The notes below the pieces were generated by a model. The model did no database searches and was not told the DNA's origin. It saw only the letters and a list, made by a program, of their open reading frames with translations. Below, in pieces: positions 46,869 to 58,085 of a stretch of DNA of 64,000 nt; the stretch's first letter is position 1; every line of letters starts with the position of its first letter. The stretch lies in NCBI RefSeq assembly GCF_963921235.1, contig NC_086097.1, positions 228,658,001-228,722,000 of the forward strand. The letters run 5' to 3'. A program made the position numbers and the translations under genes. The DNA is from Mobula hypostoma (taxonomy: Eukaryota).

Positions 46869-47269
46869 TATATTATGAGAAACATCAGTTCTAGTTTGTG
46901 ACTGATGTAAAGTCAGAGGTAGGCGTCAGCAAGCAAATGGCAGGTCCATCGTCATTCATTCTCGGCCATCTGAGTTTGATATATATACACATTGAATAGC
47001 TCACCTGTCAGCAATTACACTAATGTTAAAAGATAAACAACTGTTTTCTAGAGAATTGCCTAACAGTTCCTGCCTTAGTGCCAGCAAAACCAAGACTAAC
47101 ATGTCTCAGAGGTCACAATTTTCCAGGCATCTATTCATCAGGAAATCTCCAGCGAGGGATCACAATTCCTGTTATGTATGTTGTGGAGTCTCCTCAAAGC
47201 AACCTACATCCAGTGAAATTTTCTGCAGAATATACTTCCAGCACATTTCCAAACAGTGGATTACAACCC

Positions 47270-48055
47270 ATTGAATATTTTTCCCATCCTATTGAGAATC
47301 ACCTTAATTCTCTGTTCTCCAGTTAGAAACACTTCCACCATTGAAAAAACTTTCTGCAGATCAACTCTACCAACGCCATTCATGACTTTGAACTCTTCTA
47401 TATAATCTCCAATTAACTTCCTATGTGATAAGCACAACACCCTCAATATGAAAAATTCAAGGGGAACCAGAGGGGGATCTTCTTTACTCAGAGGGTGGTA
47501 CGAGCTGCCAGCGGAACTGTTCCATGGGTTCCATTGCAATGTTTAAGTAAAGCATGGATGCAGGGGTATAGAGGGCTATGATCCAGCTGTGGCTAAATGG
47601 AACTCAGCAGAATAACAGTTTAACATGGACTAGATGGGCCAAAGGGTCTGTTTCTGTACTCTATGACTCTACCTCTAGTTTCTCTCCATAACTGAAGACC
47701 CTCATCCCAATCAACCATTTGAATGGCTTGGGAATGACAAGGACAACTGCTAATTTAACTATGAATGACGGGTGATGGTGTGCTTGGCTGGGACGGGTGA
47801 GATTCTGGACTCATGTCCAGAGTTTGGCTGTCAGAGGTAAGTTCTTTGCTCAGAGAGTGGTGGGGTCATGGAATGCCCTACTGGGGTGGTGGTAAAAGCA
47901 GATACATAGGGGACGTTTCAGGAACTCTTAGGCACATAGATGAAAGACAAATGGAAGGGTATGCAGGAGGTAATGGGTACAACAGAGGTCATTACAACAT
48001 TGTGGGCCGAAGGGCCTGTACTGTGCTGTAGCGTTCTGTGCTCTATGCTCTGTGT
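47270..48055. mobile_element. Cluster of short decayed CR1 3' fragments (47270-47440 minus; 47445-47670 and 47830-48055 plus)
   Basis: FFTQRVV-like remnants and GGGCCGAAGGGCCTGT...CTATG tails. Confidence 0.7.
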
Positions 48056-48975
48056 TCAAATCCCGTTTCAGAAGCTTGAGCACAAATGCTGAGGATGAAG
48101 ATTAACCGCAGTACCAAGGGATTTCCACAGAAGTATTTGCTTATGTTCCATTGCCATATCTATAACAAAGGCATGGGGTTCAGCCCAACTACTCACGTGA
48201 CTCCATATCAATATTAGTATAGCCAATTATCTTCTCATTAGAACTTTGCTGTCTTACATCAATAACATTGCACAAATTGTGCTTCGAACATTGAATAGTG
48301 AATATTCTTCATTGGTTCCAAAATACTTACAATACCTGAAAATTTGAAATTTCTGAATGTATTAACATCCAGCTGTGCATTCTGTGGTTCTTCGTATTAA
48401 AACTGTATAATTTACCAGAATATACAAATATTAAAACTGAACATAATTCTACTCAGCTATTTTTCCTTAAAGGCATTTCCAATGGTGAAGGAGCCTTATG
48501 CAGAACATACTTTATTTTTAATTCATGACAGTATGACATAAGAACATTCAGCCTTGCCAAATCAACAGGCATCCATGCTATCCAGGAATAACAGCGGTAA
48601 TAGCATCTGTCCAATCGTGATGCTGCATTTTCACAGTTGGCTTAATGCAACAAGCAGAAAGCTCAGTGGCGTGCTCTTACCTAATTCCTGTAAGCGCCTG
48701 CTAACACAGCAGTGTGCAAATCATATGGCAAGACAATAGATCAAAATAAATCCGACAGACATATTCCCCAACTCAACTCAGGAAGATGCTGCTAAATTTT
48801 ATTCTTTTCTATCCTGAACCATCTTCACTCCCTTAAAATACAATGACCTCTGTGTAGAATTCATGTCAATAATCAAATCATAAGATAAGCACAGATTAGG
48901 GTGGCACATCTGTCCATCTGAAATTACCCATGCAAAGAAGCCTGACTGTCATAGATACCCACTGTCACTTAATTT

Positions 48976-49348
48976 CATCATCGCCATCATTACGTACGGT
49001 GTCGTATGACGTAGGCAATCAAGGTCTCATGACCATGATCGTTCTTGGCAATTTCTTCTACAGAAGTGGCTTGCTATTGCCGCCTTCTGGGCAGTGTCTT
49101 TACAAGACGGGTGACCCCAGCCATTATCAATAGTCTTTAGAGATTGTCTGCCTGGCATCAGTGGTCGCATAACCAGGGCCTGTGATGTGCACCATCTGCC
49201 CAGACGACCCTCCAACACCTGCTCCCATGGCTTCACCTGATTGGGAGGTGGGGGTGTGGGGGCAAAGCCAGTGCTGCACTTACAGACTGGCAGAGGGAAG
49301 GAGTGCCTTGCACCTCCTATGGTAGAGACATATCTCCTCCTCACCACC
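48976..49348 (-). mobile_element. RTE-derived bipartite SINE/non-autonomous retroposon
   Basis: Minus strand is colinear with the RTE 5' UTR at 28635-28930 (AGGAGGTRYAAGG, GTGAAGCCATG, ATGGCYRGGGTCACCC, CACTGC..GAAG..GGCAAT); (GAT)n tail; TSD ACTGTCACTTAATTT / AATGTCTCTTAATTT. Confidence 0.8.
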
Positions 49349-49692
49349 AATGTCTCTTAATTTACCTGTGATTGATCAATAAACATTCCTCTGAATTAAC
49401 TTTGCTCCATAGCCTCACCACTTATTCCTCTCATTAATTTCTCTCTAGCATTATGTAAAGCCATTTGACTGTACAGAGCACAAAACAAATTAATTTCAAT
49501 TCCAAGAAGAGAATTATTTATCACATCATTGGTCCAAATACTGCGTGTGGTGTGCTCAATAGAACAGAACTGTTGTACCTAATAATTTATGTTCCTACTC
49601 ACTTCCCTTCAGGTGATGATGTTGCTCTTTGCAACTTTATTAAATGAGTCATGGAGGACCCTGAGGTGAGGACATCAGTTATGAAAATAAAA

Positions 49693-50480
49693 CCATTAGA
49701 CATAGGAGCAAAAACTTGGCCATTCGGCTCACAGAATCTGCTTCACTATTCCATAAGTCTATAAGATATAGGAGCAAAATTAAGCCATTTGGGCCCATCA
49801 AGTCTGCTCTGCCATTTCATCATGGCTGATCCAATTTTCCTCTCAGCCCCATTCTCCTGCCTTCTCCCCATATCATAGAACATAGAAATCTACAGCACAA
49901 TACAGGCCCTTCGGCGCACAATATTGAGCCGACCATGTAGCCTACTCTAGTGACTGCCTAGAATTACCCTACTGCATTGCCCTCTATTTTTCTAAGCTCC
50001 ACGTACCTAAGAGTCACTTAAAAGACCCTATTGTATCCGCATCTAAGAGTCTCTTAGACCCTATCGTATCCCTTCATGCCCTAACCAATCAAGAATCTAT
50101 CAACCTCTACCTCAAATATACATAAAGACTTGGCCTCCAGAGCTGCCTATGGCAACGAATTCCACAGATTCACCATTCCACCATTGCTGTTCTCCAGACT
50201 TCTCCCCATAACCTTTGATGCCTTTATTAATCAAGAACCTATCAACCTCCACTTTAAATATATCCAATAACCTGGCCTCCACAGCCTTCAGTCGCAATGA
50301 ATTCCACAGATTCACCACTTTCTCGCTGAAGAGATTTCTCCTCAACTCTGTTCTAAAGGGACATATTGTATTCTGAGGCTGTGGCCTCTAGTCCTAGACT
50401 CCCCCACTATAGGAGACATCCTCTCTACATCCACCCTCTCTAGGCCTTTCAATGCTCAGCAGGTTTCAATGATATGCCAT
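49693..50480 (-). mobile_element. Three nested CR1 3' ends
   Basis: Tails at ~49693, ~49752 and ~49874; host sequences resume at ~50070 and ~50190. Confidence 0.8.
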
Positions 50481-50964
50481 TGATTAAAGAAGCAGATGGG
50501 AATCAGGTGATCTTACAACGTCCCCAGTCTTGAATAGGCTCAATGTGAAGCAGCTTCAGGCTTTTCATTCCCACAATATATGTGGTGGGAAACAAGGGGA
50601 GCTAAGACTAGCCTGACTTCCCTGTAATTAATTAGTGAATTATATTCCATCCATGGCACCTCTCAAACTAGTCTTCCTCCACGTCTTTTTGTCAGTACAC
50701 AGTTTGTCCACCATGGCTGAAATGGGGAAGAAACTTTAGGTATTCCAGGAATTCTGCCCCACACATTGTTCATAGGTCCCAATTAAAATTGCATTGATTG
50801 ACACAATCACCTTGAAATTGCTCCACATCATTTTATTGTAATTACAGTGTTGTAGATCATCCTGATATTGTTTATAATAGTTCCATTAAGGGCAGGGTGC
50901 TCACAAAACAGCATCAGCTAGTTCCCTGTAACTGAAACCAACACTGGCATTCAATATGTTCCCA

Positions 50965-51830
50965 ATTTGATAGGGTGGTTAAGAAGGCATATGATGAGTT
51001 GGTCTTCATTGGTTGGGATTGAATTCAACAGCCACAAAGCAATATTGCAGCTCCATAAAAATCTGGTTAGACCATGCTTGCAGTATGTGTTCAGATCTGG
51101 TTGCTTGATTACAGGAAGGATGTGGAAGCTTTACAGATGGTGCAGAGCAGAGTTACCAGGACGCTGCCTAGTTTAGAGAACATGTCTTATGTGGAAAGGT
51201 TGAGTGAGCTCGGGCTTTTTTCTTTAGAGCGAAGGAGGATGAGGAGTGACTTGACAGAGATATATAAGATGATAAGATGCATAGATAGAGTGGCAATGAC
51301 CATTAACAGAGGACCTCCCTTTTAAGGTGAGTAGAGAAAAGCTTAAAGGAAATTTTAGAGGTAAGTTTTTTTTAATACAGAGAGTAATGAGGCCTATAAT
51401 GAATTACTGGGGTGCTGGGAGAGTCTGATACATTAGGAACTGTTAGGCACATGGACAAAAGTAAAATGGACAGTTATGGCTGTGTAGGCTGCAGGGGTTA
51501 AGTTGATCATGGAGTAAATCTATATTAGTTTGCACAATATTGTGAGCTAAGGTCCCATATTGTGCTGTAATGCATTTATGGTCTTTGCAGCAAAGTCTTA
51601 AAGGGCATACCATTGCCATTGTATAAACAATCTCCGGCTGTAGAGGAGTGTTTCCATTGGACTGAATGGATGGTGGGCTTGAACTATGAGGAGACACTAG
51701 GTAAGCTGTGGCCTTTTTCCATGGAGTGCAGGGTGATCTTATAGATCTTAAAATCTTAGAGTGATCTTATAAAATCATGAGGCGCAGAGATACGGACAAT
51801 GTTAGCCTTTTTCCCTAGGGTAGAGAAATC
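50965..51830 (+). mobile_element. Decayed CR1 3' fragments
   Basis: ILQLHKNLVRP, YRKDVEAL..VQ, LGLFSLERRRMR. Confidence 0.8.
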
Positions 51831-52048
51831 TATTTGGTTTCTAAGACCCATGTTTTTCCTCCTCTTAATGCATGAACATCTCATATTTCCTCTCTTTATT
51901 GATTTTTTTTTTGAAGAAATTACAAAAATGTAGTCAGTGGCAATGATGAAGCAGCAGCACCAATAGCGAGGACCAGGAAGGTGTGGTCAAGGAAGGCAGG
52001 TGAGCATTTGTAGGACTACTTTGAGTCAGTAGACAGGATAATATTCAG

Positions 52049-52231
52049 AGAAATACTCACAACACGCTGGAGGAACTCAGCAGGTCGGGCAGCATCCGTG
52101 GAAAAGATCGGTCGAGGTTTCGGGCCGGAACGTCGACCCATCTTTTCCACGGATGTTGCCCGACCTGCTGAGTTCCTCCAGCGTGTTGTGAGTGTTGCTT
52201 TGACCCCAGCATCTGCAGATTATTTTGTGTT
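52049..52231. mobile_element. Fold-back PLE mini-element (183 bp)
   Basis: ~65-70-bp inverted arms turning inside the hammerhead stem II/GAAA box; perfect TSD GATAATATTCAG at 52037-52048 and 52232-52243. Confidence 0.92.
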
Positions 52232-52254
52232 GATAATATTCAGGGATTCATTTT

Positions 52255-53850
52255 TGAATCTGAATGAATACTCCCACAGCTGTCACCGACTTCATCAAGA
52301 TCAGTGTATATGAGTGTGTGCCATCGAGAACATACTGGACATACTCAAATCAAAAGCCATGGATGAAGCAGGAGATTTGTAGTCTGCTGAGGGCTAGATC
52401 TGTGGCATTCAAGACGGATATAAAAGTTCAGGTGCAAGTTATGGAAGGCTATTTTAAGAGTAAAGAAACAATTCAGATTGAAGTTAGAGATGGAATCAGA
52501 TACACACCAGCTCTGGCAGGGTTTGGATGCCATTCCAATGAAGTCAAGAGATAGCAAACCTTCATTGAGGGAACAGCAATGGAAAGGGTGAGCAGCTTCA
52601 AGTTCTTGGATGTTCAGGAGCGAGACAGATCAGCTGGTTGAGTGGTGCAGCAATAACCTTGCACTCAACGTCAGTAAGACCAAGGAATTGACTGTGGACT
52701 TCAGGAAGAGGAAGTCAAGGGGACGCACACCAGTTTCATCAAGGGATCAGCAGTGAAAGAGGAAGCAGTTTCAAGTTCCTGAACATCAGCATCTCTGGAG
52801 ATCAACATATTGATGCAATTACAAAGAAGGCACAACAGTGGCTATACTTCATTAGGAGTTTGAGGAGAATTGGTATGTCATCAAAGACACTCGCAGATTT
52901 CTACAGATGTACTGTGGAGAGCATTTTAACTGGTTGCATCATCATCTAGTATGGAGAGGCCACTGCACAGGATTGGAAAAAGCTGCACAACATTGTAACC
53001 TCAGCCAGCTCCATTATGGGCACTAGCCTCCCATGCATGCAGGACATCTTCGAATGGTGATGCCTCAAAAAGGCAGCACTCGTCATTATGGTCCTTGATC
53101 ACCTAGGGCATGCCCTCTTCTCATTGCTACCATCAGGACAGAGGTTCAGAAGCAGCTTCTTCCCCTCTGCCATCCAATTTCTAAATGGATATTGAACCCA
53201 TGAATACTACCTCACTTTTTAAATTATTTCTGTTTTTGGACTATTTTTAAATTTTCTACTTATATTTAAATATATTTACTGTAATTGATTCATATATTTT
53301 TCTATATTTATCATGTATTGCATTGTACTGTTGAAAGTATCCTTTCCAATTGCATCATGGTCTGGTACAGCAATTCCAATGTGCAGAAACGTAAGAAACT
53401 ACATAAGCAGTGGACTCTGCTCAGTGCATCCTGGGCACATCCCTCTCCACTATTGTACCTCAGGAAGGCAACGCCCCGTGATCAAAGATCCCCGCCATCT
53501 GGGCCATACCATCTTTTTGCAGCTAACATTGAGAAGGAGGTACATAAGCATAAAGTCTCAAATCACTAAGTTGAAGGACGGCTACTTCCCTTCAGTCATC
53601 AGGTTCTTAAACCCACCTGCACAACCCTAATCACTACAGCTTAGCAGCATCATGCACATGTGCATTAAATTGAGCTTATTCATTATAATTGTGATGTTTC
53701 TTGTAAAAATTGTGTATAACTTATGTTGACGATTTCTTGTGAATGCTGCTGATAGGATGCGATGTGCCTGTGATGCAGCTACAAGTAATTCTTTGCTCAT
53801 GTACTCATAGATATGACAATAAAATCAACTTTTACATTAAATTCGATTTA
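52255..53850 (+). mobile_element. Rex1/Babar-type LINE fragments (at least two copies)
   Basis: AVTDFIK...CVPSRT..YSNQKPWM; LNVSKTKEL; CTVESILTGCI (twice, ~52907 and ~53325); 3' UTRs. Confidence 0.75.
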
Positions 53851-54245
53851 AGTCACCCAACCTGGCAGAGCAGAAAGGAAAAAGGAGCTGTTCAGAAGGA
53901 ACACAGTTCATTCACTCCTCAACTGCAACAATGCATTTAAATTGCAAGAGGCAAGCAGGCTTGTTCAAAGCTCTTTATATTTACAGATTGATTTTTGATA
54001 ATGTCATTAGGTTCTGATGATGGAAAGGATTAATTGCAACGGCTTCTCTACCAGGACAAACTACCTGGGAATAGGAGCAGCTCACAAAGTAGCTACCTTA
54101 AATTTCCTGTAGGGTGAGGAAATTTCCACGGCTCATTTCCACCACCAAACCTCATACAGTGTACGACACGCCTCCCTGTGGGTTCTGCTACATGATTTTA
54201 ATGGTCGCACAGCTTCCCGCTGGCTTTCTGCCCTTTCTTCCTTAC

Positions 54246-54368
54246 CTACCAGCAGGTTGCATGTGTGCAAGGCCAGATCTACCCGATGCAGCTTGAGATT
54301 GGGCACACAGCTCAGTTTGCTTTTCCTGGCCGGGAAGTAAAGCTTAAACAATCCCTTGTGCTTCCGTC
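54246..54368 (-). other. Candidate 123-nt exon of an unidentified transcript
   Basis: Minus strand tgtatttttcag|GACGG...GGTAG|gtaagg; one open frame; lies in apparently non-repeat sequence. Confidence 0.3.
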
Positions 54369-54578
54369 CTGAAAAATACAACCACATTATCCAGAAATGT
54401 GTGATCTAAGATTCACACTGACGAATAGAGCTGAAAATTCTTCAGTAATTTCCAGTTAAGGTTCTTCATGTTCCCTGAGGACTTCCTGAGTCAGCTTCAC
54501 AAGACTTGAGAGGTGTGTGTTTGCACTTTCCGTATCGATGTTGGCCTCTGCCGGCCAGACTCATACCTTAATTCCAGA

Positions 54579-54667
54579 AACACACGTAAAAGTTGCTGGT
54601 GAACGCAGCAGGCCAGGCAGCATCTCTAGGAAGAGGTGCAGTCGACGTTTCAGGCCGAGACCCTTCG
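54579..54667 (-). mobile_element. Short PLE terminal insertion broken in the hammerhead core
   Basis: Matches 39824-39910; ATTCCAGA repeated on both sides (54571-54578, 54673-54680). Confidence 0.85.
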
Positions 54668-55035
54668 CTTTCATTCCAGAGTTATCTTTTTCAGCAGAGC
54701 CTGAAGGCCCAGAAAGTGCCTAGTGATCCGACATGACGAGTGATGTCACGGAGAATTCTTGTGTCATTTGAGTATATCCTAATTATCCCTGCTCTCTGTC
54801 TGCTGATGAAACGCTATCATAACGTCTGCTTTGCCTAGTTTGTTTTTGTAACTTATCTCTCTTTGTTCACTTCACAGAGCACTGCTGGGACTGATATCTG
54901 TCTCTTTGTTTTTTTTTGGCTAAGTTTCTGATTTTTAATCCTATTCTTTGTAAAACAAAGGGACAGACATAGATATTTTGTGTAATGAACTGCAGATTCT
55001 GATATATTAGCATAGAGTTTTAGCATTGAATATTC

Positions 55036-56374
55036 ATTCAGCGTGTAAGTAACTGTAAACATTGGAGATTCTCCAGGTGCTGGAAATCCAAAGCAACACA
55101 CACAAAATGCTGGAGGAGCTCAGCAGGTCAGGAGAAGAATAAACAGTCGACATCTCAGGCTGAGATCCTCATGGGACTGGAAAGGAAGGGTGAAGAAGCC
55201 AGAATCAGAAGGTGGAGGCGGCGGGGGTGGGGCAGGGGGGCAAGGTGGGAGGGGTACAAGCTGGCAGGTGATATGTGAGACCAGATTTGCTGTTAATATT
55301 ATTTTATGTGATGTATCTGATACGTGTACTGTGCTTGGCATCTTGGACCCTGAGGAACATTGTTTCATTTAGTTGTATACATGTGTACAGTTGAAGGACG
55401 ACAATCCTGAACTTGAATGAGAAGAGTAAGTGGTGAACTCATTGACACCAATGGAATAGTGAAAGGTCTTGTTAGAGTGGATGTGGAGAGGATCGTGGGA
55501 GAGGCCAGAGGACACAGGCTCAGAATAGAGGGTGATCCATTTAGAATGGAGATGAGGAGGAGTTTCTTTAGCCAGAGAGTAGTGAATCTGTGGAGCCAAA
55601 GCCTTTATGTATATTTATGGCAGAGGTTGATAGATTCTTGATTGGTCAGGGGATTAAGGGATATGGGGAGAAGGCAGGAGAATGGGGCTCAGAGGAAAAT
55701 TGGATCAACCATGGTGAAAGGGCGGAGAAGACTCGATGGGCCAAATGGCCTAATTCTGCTCCTATATCTTATGAGTGGGTGGTAGGTTGTGGGGGAGGGA
55801 TGATGAAGTAAGAAGCTGGGAAGTGATAGAGGGAAGAGATGAAGAAGGAATCTAACAGGAGAGAAGAGTGCAACATGGGAGGAAGGGAAGGAGGAGGGGC
55901 ATCAAAGGAAGTTAATGGGCAGGTAAGGAGACATGAAGGGGTAAAAGGGGAGCCAGAGTGAGGAATGGAAGAAGAGAATAGGAAAGGGGATAAATTACTG
56001 TAATTTGAAAAAATTGATGCTCGTTATCAGTTTGGAGGTTACCGAGATGGAATATGAGGTGTTGCTCCTCCTACCTGAGAGTGGCTTCATCGTGACCATA
56101 GAGGAGGCCATGGACTGATATGTTGGAATGGGAACGGGAAATAACTGCACGAGTGCTAAACAAGCAAGGCTTTTCTTGCACAAGACACAAGAGATTCTGC
56201 ATATGCTGGAAAGCTAGAGCAATGCACACAACACACACAGAGATGCTGGAGGAATTCACCAGGTCAGGCAGCATCTCTGGAGAGGATTCCAAGTAATGTG
56301 TCTGAGCCCAAAATATTAACTATTTATTTCCTTCTGTAGATGCTGCCTAACCTGCTGAATTCCTCCAGCATTTT
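55036..56374. mobile_element. Old PLE fragments interleaved with Rex1-type (55285-55420) and CR1 (55420-55772) 3' ends; fold-back PLE at ~56183-56374
   Basis: PLE terminus at 55036-55283, continuation at 55775-56150 (ISVHGLLYGHDEATLR, GIY-YIG end), inverted arms at 56183-56374. Confidence 0.75.
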
Positions 56375-56600
56375 AAGACCATAAGACATAAGAGCAGAAT
56401 TAGGCCATTCAATCCATTGGGTCTGCTCCGCCATTCCATCATACTGATTCCACTCAACCCCATACACCTGCCTTCTCACCATGTCCTTTGATGCCCTGAC
56501 TGATCAGGAAACTATCAACTTTTGCCTTAAATACGCCCACCGCAGTCTGTGGCAGAACCTTCCACAGATTTACTACACTCTGGCAAAAAAAATTCCTCCT
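56375..56600 (-). mobile_element. CR1 3' end inserted in a PLE arm
   Basis: AAGACCATAAGACATAAGAGCAGAATTAGGCC tail; the PLE arm resumes at ~56605. Confidence 0.8.
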
Positions 56601-56682
56601 GGGAAATTTTCGGTGTGCTGCTCAAAGTTTTACTTGATCTACGGGATGCTATTTGTCCTCCATCAATGCGACAAGTAATCTT

Positions 56683-56889
56683 AACAACACTCACAACATG
56701 CTGGAGGAACTCAGCAGGTTGGGCAGCATCCGTGGAAAAGATCGATCGACGTTTCGGGCCGGAACCCTTCGTCAGGACTCGACCGAAACGTCGACCGATC
56801 TTTTCCACGGATGCTGTCTGACCTGCTGAGTTCCTCCAACGTGTTGTGAGTGTTGCTTTGACCCCAGCATCTGCAGATTATTTTGTGTT
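56683..56889. mobile_element. Fold-back PLE mini-element (same subfamily as 52049)
   Basis: Inverted arms; the left arm carries a full minus-strand hammerhead (56743-56780) and the right arm starts at CCGAAACGTC; no TSD found. Confidence 0.88.
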
Positions 56890-57226
56890 CAGGAATAGTT
56901 ATTACCTCTCAACCATCAGGCTCTTGAACCAGAGGGGATAATTTCACTCAACTTCACTTGCTCCATCACTGAACCGTTCTCACAGCCTATGGACTCACTT
57001 TCAAAGACTCTTCATCTTATGTTCTCAATAATTATTGTTTCTTTTTCTTTGTGTTTGCGTGTTTGTTATCTTTTGCACGTTGGTTGTTTGTCCATCCCAG
57101 TGGGTGTGGTCTTTCATTGATTCCATTATGCTTCTTGCATTTACTGTGTATGCCCGCAGGAAAATGTATCTCCAGGTTGTATATGGTGACGTATATGTAC
57201 TTTGATAATAAATTTACTTTGAACTT
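56890..57226 (+). mobile_element. Rex1-type LINE 3' end
   Basis: FRNSYY..TIRLLN remnant followed by a 3' UTR ending ACTTTGAACTTT. Confidence 0.7.
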
Positions 57227-57649
57227 TTAATCTGCTTGCACCTAGTTGTGTGTTATGTTCCTATTCCAAGGATGAGGGTCAAATCTATAGTCCAACGATG
57301 TCATCAATCCATATTTTAACTGAATTAGAACATAGGGTATCAAACAGTACTACACTGGAAGGCCATTTGGCCCACAATTTTTTTCCAAACTTGCTGCCAA
57401 TTTATATCAAATGTCATCATGTTGTGTATCGTCCATATCCATCCAGCACTTTTGTGTGTGTTGCTGAAGATTTCCCTTCATATTCATGTGGCTAGCTAAA
57501 AGCCTCTTTAACTCCACCAAACTGCATGTTTCCACCACTACTCCTGATAACCTATTACAGGCACATACCATTCTCTGTATATGTAATTCATCTGAGAGGG
57601 AAAAAACATCACAGAGCTTGTGTCTGTGAGCAGCTAGATTTAACAGGGA

Positions 57650-58085
57650 CAACACCTACATATATGTCACTGCATTCAACCCAGAGATTCTTTTCCTCCG
57701 GACGTACTCAGCAAGTCTATCGAATAGTAACCATAACAGGATCAATGAAAGATTAAGTAGAGTGCAGAAGACAACAAACTGTGCAAATGCAAATATAAAT
57801 AAATAGTAATAAATAATTAGAACATGAAATAACAAAATAAAGAGTCCTCAAACCCTTCGGCTCAACTGAAGGGTCTTGGCCCGAAACGTCAACTGTACCT
57901 CTTCCTAGAGATGCTGCCTGGCCTTCTACGTTCACCAGCAACTTTGATGTGTGTTGGTTGAAATTCCAGCATCTGCAGATTTCCTCGTGTTTGAGTCCTT
58001 AAAGTGAGATTATTGGGTGTGGGAATATCTCAATAGATGGGCAGGTGAGTGTAGTTATTCACTTTTGTTCAAGAGCCTGATGGTT
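57650..58085 (-). mobile_element. Rex1-type LINE 3' UTR hosting a PLE insertion
   Basis: Similar to 20790-21055. Confidence 0.75.
57853..57992 (+). mobile_element. Short PLE terminal insertion with a micro-inversion at its 5' junction
   Basis: CCCTTCGG-CTCAA-CTGAAGGG junction, then the PLE terminus and tail; TSD GAGTCCTCAAA / GAGTCCTTAAA. Confidence 0.88.

Noticed and set aside
52049..56889. Palindromic repeats as a CRISPR array or rho-independent terminators
   Set aside because: Eukaryotic context, no regular repeat-spacer periodicity and no cas genes; explained as inverted PLE termini.
954..58003. Specific target-sequence consensus for PLE insertions (two TSDs end in ATTCAG)
   Set aside because: Those two insertions have opposite tail orientation and the other TSDs share only AT richness; too few sites.
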